From Vicinamibacterales bacterium (GTDB lineage: Bacteria > Acidobacteriota > Vicinamibacteria > Vicinamibacterales > UBA2999): a DNA stretch of 64,000 bases. Position 1 is the stretch's first letter. Each line of letters opens with the position of its first letter. The translations under genes were made by a program, and so were the position numbers. Of this stretch, positions 60,767 through 64,000 are shown piece after piece. The DNA is taken from assembly GCA_050185275.1 (NCBI GenBank), contig JBFWZN010000004.1:320919-384918 (forward strand), written 5' to 3'. A model generated the notes under the pieces. The model did no database searches. It had not been told where the DNA came from and saw only the letters and a program-made list of their open reading frames with translations.

Positions 60767-63055
60767 TCAGGTCCAGAAGGCGAGGCGGCGCCACGTCCCG
60801 GCATCCCGCCCAGCGCCGGCGGCGCGGTGGAAGTGGAGCATTCGCCCCCCGGGCTCGCCATCGTCTGGGGGCGAGAGCGCGAATCCCTGAGACAGCAGCG
60901 TACGGGTCAGAGCGTCCGCGCCGTCGTCGCCACGCACGGCGACGAGCACCGAGCGGAGGCGCTCGTCGCCCAGCACGGTCGCAGCACCCGCCAGCACCGA
61001 CGCCGCCTGACGGGCCGACCCGATGCGGAGCGCGTTGGCCGGCGGCAAGCCATGCCGGGCCACGACGTCGTCGAGCCGTTCGGCGCAGACCGGTTGCACG
61101 TAGGAGGCGCCCGCCGGGTCGGCACGCGGCCGCCACCGGTCGGCCCGCAGGCTGTGGTGATCGTCGCCGGCCGCGTGCGGGTACTGGAGTTCCAGCAGGC
61201 CCGTGTGCGCGCCGAGCGCGACCGGCAGGGGGATGACCGCCCGGCCGCAGCCGTTCAGCAGTACGTTGTCGCACAGGTGCGCGAACGCGGCGAACCCTGG
61301 CTCGAACGCCACGCTGAGTGCGCCGCGCGCCACCGCCGCCACGAGCGCACACGTCCCGACGCCCGCGCCGATGTCGTACACGACATCGCCAGGCTGCACG
61401 TCGGTATCGAGCCATCGGTGCACGTGGGGGTCGAGCTTCACGCGGCCGTGCCGGACGTGCTTGCGCGTTTCGGGCGTGGCCCGCACCAGCACCCGCGCGC
61501 CGGCATAGGCGATCGGCAGCGCGTCGGGTGACGCCGTGCCCAGGCTGGCCAGGGCGCCGCCGTCGTGCGCCTCGCCGGGCAGCAGGTCCGACGCGACCGT
61601 CTCCGGTCCTTGAGCACCGGCCGACACGTCTCCCGCTCCGGGCTGCACACGCGCCGCGGCCACGGCGACGCACCGGGCCGCGAGTTCGTCGGCCAGCAGT
61701 GCCGACACCGGCTGGTCGCCGCGCGGACGCAGGAAGGCCCGGATGAAACGCGCGATGGCGCCGCCGTCGGGCGGTGCCTCCAGCGCGTCGGCGAGTTGCG
61801 CTGCGTGCGCATCGAGGTCGGGCGCGCAGTGGACGAACCCTCCATGCTCGTGCAGCAGGTAGTTGAAGTGCAGCGTGTCCGACTGACCGTCGCTCACCCG
61901 TGCGGTGAAGACGGGACGTCCGGCGATGCCCGCCTCGAGTTCGGCGCTCGTGTTCAGTCCCACCACGGCGGCGGCATGGTGCAGGCACTCGAAGAAGGCC
62001 TGCTGCGTGCGGTAGGTGGTGCGGAGCACGATGGCGCCGGGATCTTCGAACGGCCGCTGGACCCACCCGCTGGCCTGGGGCATGTCCCGCCAGCCCACCG
62101 TCTCGACCTCGCCACCGTCCATGATGTCCACGTCGGGGTGCGGACGGATGATCACGTTGCAGGTGCGGAGCACGTCACGTGGGGACCGACGCAGCGCGGC
62201 GAGCCAGGTGCGGATGAAGGGCACCTCGCTGCCGGCCACGAAGCGCGACGAGCACACATAGAGGAGCGTGGGCCGCGCGGGGTCGAGACCGAGCGGCCGG
62301 AAGAACTCGGGCCTGGACACGGCCGGGCGCAGCGTGAAGAACTCATCGAAGCGCGGGGCGCCGACCACCACCACGCGATCGGCGGGCACGTCGTGCAGCG
62401 CACCCGCCTCGGTGCGCTGGTGCTCGTTCCACACGAACAGGAGATCGGGCATCACGTGCAGCGCGCCCTTCGTGCTGAGATTGTCCCAGCTGAAGAGCAG
62501 CATCCAGGCCGGAATGCCGAGGGCGCGGGCCGCCTTCACGAAGTCGGCCTGGGCAGAGCCGAAGTGCACGCCCGGCGTGACCAGCACCACGTCGGGCGCG
62601 TGACGCGCGATGAACTCCCGGTGCAGCGCGTCGGCGGGGATCGACGCCTCCACCAGCGCCAGCAGACGGCGCAGCCGCGCGGCCCGAGCGGGATCGGCCG
62701 CGGCGAGGTCGAGGCCGGAGGCCGTGCCCGACAGCACCAATTCCTTCTCGAGCTTCTCGAGCGCCCGCTGGCGGAGCTTCCCGGCGCCCGCATACGGCGC
62801 CCGCGAGTACTGCAGCCAGTCGCGCAGGCTCCGCACGAGCGGCGCCTCGGTGCGCCAGGCGTCCCCGCGCGCGGCAGGTGCCGTGGCCAGCGACAGGCCG
62901 GGGGCGCCGAGTTCCTGCACGATCCGGGCGTCGATGGCGGGCGTGCGGTCCTGCACCACCAGCACCACCTCGTGTCCGTCCGCCAGCAGACGGGCCACGG
63001 CGCCCTGGAACGTGTCGATGTTCTTCTTCTGCTTGGCGATGAACAGGAAGCGCAT
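60767..63055 (-). CDS. Fusion protein: uncharacterised GT-B-like/polysaccharide-biosynthesis N-terminal region + FkbM-type methyltransferase C-terminus
   Basis: Start ATG 63055 (MRFLFIAKQKKN...); C-terminal SAM motif VVYDIGAGVGTCAL as in FkbM family. Confidence 0.65.
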   Translation of the reverse strand: MRFLFIAKQKKNIDTFQGAVARLLADGHEVVLVVQDRTPAIDARIVQELGAPGLSLATAPAARGDAWRTEAPLVRSLRDWLQYSRAPYAGAGKLRQRALEKLEKELVLSGTASGLDLAAADPARAARLRRLLALVEASIPADALHREFIARHAPDVVLVTPGVHFGSAQADFVKAARALGIPAWMLLFSWDNLSTKGALHVMPDLLFVWNEHQRTEAGALHDVPADRVVVVGAPRFDEFFTLRPAVSRPEFFRPLGLDPARPTLLYVCSSRFVAGSEVPFIRTWLAALRRSPRDVLRTCNVIIRPHPDVDIMDGGEVETVGWRDMPQASGWVQRPFEDPGAIVLRTTYRTQQAFFECLHHAAAVVGLNTSAELEAGIAGRPVFTARVSDGQSDTLHFNYLLHEHGGFVHCAPDLDAHAAQLADALEAPPDGGAIARFIRAFLRPRGDQPVSALLADELAARCVAVAAARVQPGAGDVSAGAQGPETVASDLLPGEAHDGGALASLGTASPDALPIAYAGARVLVRATPETRKHVRHGRVKLDPHVHRWLDTDVQPGDVVYDIGAGVGTCALVAAVARGALSVAFEPGFAAFAHLCDNVLLNGCGRAVIPLPVALGAHTGLLELQYPHAAGDDHHSLRADRWRPRADPAGASYVQPVCAERLDDVVARHGLPPANALRIGSARQAASVLAGAATVLGDERLRSVLVAVRGDDGADALTRTLLSQGFALSPPDDGEPGGRMLHFHRAAGAGRDAGTWRRLAFWT

Positions 63056-63259
63056 GGTGATGCCGCCGCGGGATCGCACTCACCGGAGCGGACGGACCTC
63101 ATGATACATGTCCGCTGGTGGGCCGGCGGGGAACGACCCGGGCATCACAGGCGGGCGTCGCACCGGCCCGTCCGGACAGGACGTGAGCGCGGCGGAGTCC
63201 CGCCCTCGTGCCACACCGATGCGCCCGGTCGAGGCGACTGGCGCCGTGCGCGCATCGCG

Positions 63260-63760
63260 CTAGCGGCAGCGCTCGAACGCGGGCAGGTGATTGAGCCGCG
63301 AGGCGGCCTGATTGTTGGTGAACACGGTCCGAACGTCCGCGGGAAGCGCCCCCTGCAGGAGGTCGTCGTACATCGCGATGTTCTCGCGTTCCGCGACCGC
63401 GCCCGCCGTACACGCGGCGGCCACGCTCGAGAAGTGTGGCACCGTGCCGGCTGACGTGCTGCTGGCCGGCACAGCCAGCCCGCGGATCGAGAAGAGCCGC
63501 GCGATGGCTGCCGAGTGCCGTTCCTCGGCCGTGAGCACGTTCACGAAGGGCACGACGGGTCCGAAGTCCGCCACGACCCCTTCGTAGGTGGCCTCTGCGC
63601 GAAACTCATCCTGAATGGCCCTCGTCAGCAGTCCTTCGAGGACGGCGACAGAGACTTGTGGGCCCTGGACCGAGGACGGTGCAGTGGGTGTATCACCGCA
63701 GGCGGCCAGGCCGGCACCGACCGTGACGACAGCGAGAGCGAGTATCCGAGTAAACGTCAT
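63260..63760 (-). CDS. Ferritin-like DUF2202-type lipoprotein
   Basis: GGAGG upstream of ATG 63760; lipobox GLAAC; helix pattern AIQDEFRAEATY ... LTAEERHSAAIARLF ... VAERENIAMYDDLL. Confidence 0.65.
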   Translation of the reverse strand: MTFTRILALAVVTVGAGLAACGDTPTAPSSVQGPQVSVAVLEGLLTRAIQDEFRAEATYEGVVADFGPVVPFVNVLTAEERHSAAIARLFSIRGLAVPASSTSAGTVPHFSSVAAACTAGAVAERENIAMYDDLLQGALPADVRTVFTNNQAASRLNHLPAFERCR

Positions 63761-64000
63761 GGATTTGACCTCCACACGCTACAGAGTCCCGCGGGGCGCC
63801 CCGGGATTCACTCGGCTCTCGATCGTGAATTCTCCGCGGCCGCTTGCGAGATTCCGCACCTCGCGCATCCCCGATCGGCACGCACAGGCAGTCGCACGTC
63901 GCCCCCGTGGGTGCCGTGGGCTGGCGCGCCGCTTGCTGCACCACGAGCGGGAGGTGTGGGCGTGAGCAACCAGACAGAGCGCAGCGCCGGAGGGCATCCG

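Noticed and set aside
60468-63454. Long ORFs 60468..62066 (minus) and 61565..63454 (plus) overlapping the FkbM fusion gene.
   Set aside because: These alternative frames of the same GC-rich region have extreme Arg/Ala/Gly content. The 60767..63055 frame has the methyltransferase motif and normal composition.
63779-63997. 72-aa minus-strand ORF at the window end, and a possible GTG start at 63964 on the plus strand.
   Set aside because: No motif, no RBS, and too close to the window edge to judge.

Overview
High-GC bacterial chromosomal segment; a few 60-nt lines hand-counted in the flanks are about two-thirds G+C, and long spurious shadow ORFs are common. All family assignments below come from motif recognition by eye, not from database searches.

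The main feature is a sedentary chromosomal integron at about 13.3-28.0 kb.
- Eighteen attC-like imperfect palindromes (RYYYAAC ... GTTRRRY) delimit about 19 cassettes, mostly single-gene and all on the minus strand, in visibly lower-GC DNA.
- The array ends beside a C-terminal remnant of an integron integrase (intI). The remnant is co-oriented with the cassettes, lacks roughly its N-terminal two thirds, and sits in a 243-bp-period direct duplication.
- Cassettes encode five GNAT acetyltransferases, a DUF433/DUF5615 toxin-antitoxin pair, a truncated HicB, several hydrolases and a run of defence-flavoured genes: HEPN/Abi_C, P-loop NTPase, AlbA_2/Schlafen-like, HNH-like, NUDIX and a cN-IA-type 5'-nucleotidase.

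Left flank (1-13.3 kb): GH94 fragment, cyclophilin, SRPBCC gene with a divergent WYL regulator, MBL/rhodanese fusion, nitronate monooxygenase, cardiolipin synthase, RapA, site-2 protease and a FabH-like KAS III.

Right flank (28-64 kb):
- Secreted SnoaL-like, PhoX-like and Sel1 proteins, a Dcp peptidase, and an MBL-like protein followed by two paralogous secreted proteins.
- Two envelope-polysaccharide gene blocks: GH8, RmlC, GT2, GT4, PIG-L deacetylase, ABC exporter, a 1247-aa GH-like/GT2/NHL fusion and an FkbM fusion.
- A frameshifted cytochrome c peroxidase next to a Tat metallophosphoesterase and a c-type cytochrome, and a glycine-rich beta-helix lipoprotein.

A 145-160 bp nested palindromic element occurs three times, always between convergent genes, with compensatory changes in its outer stem. 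No rRNA, tRNA or CRISPR array was found.
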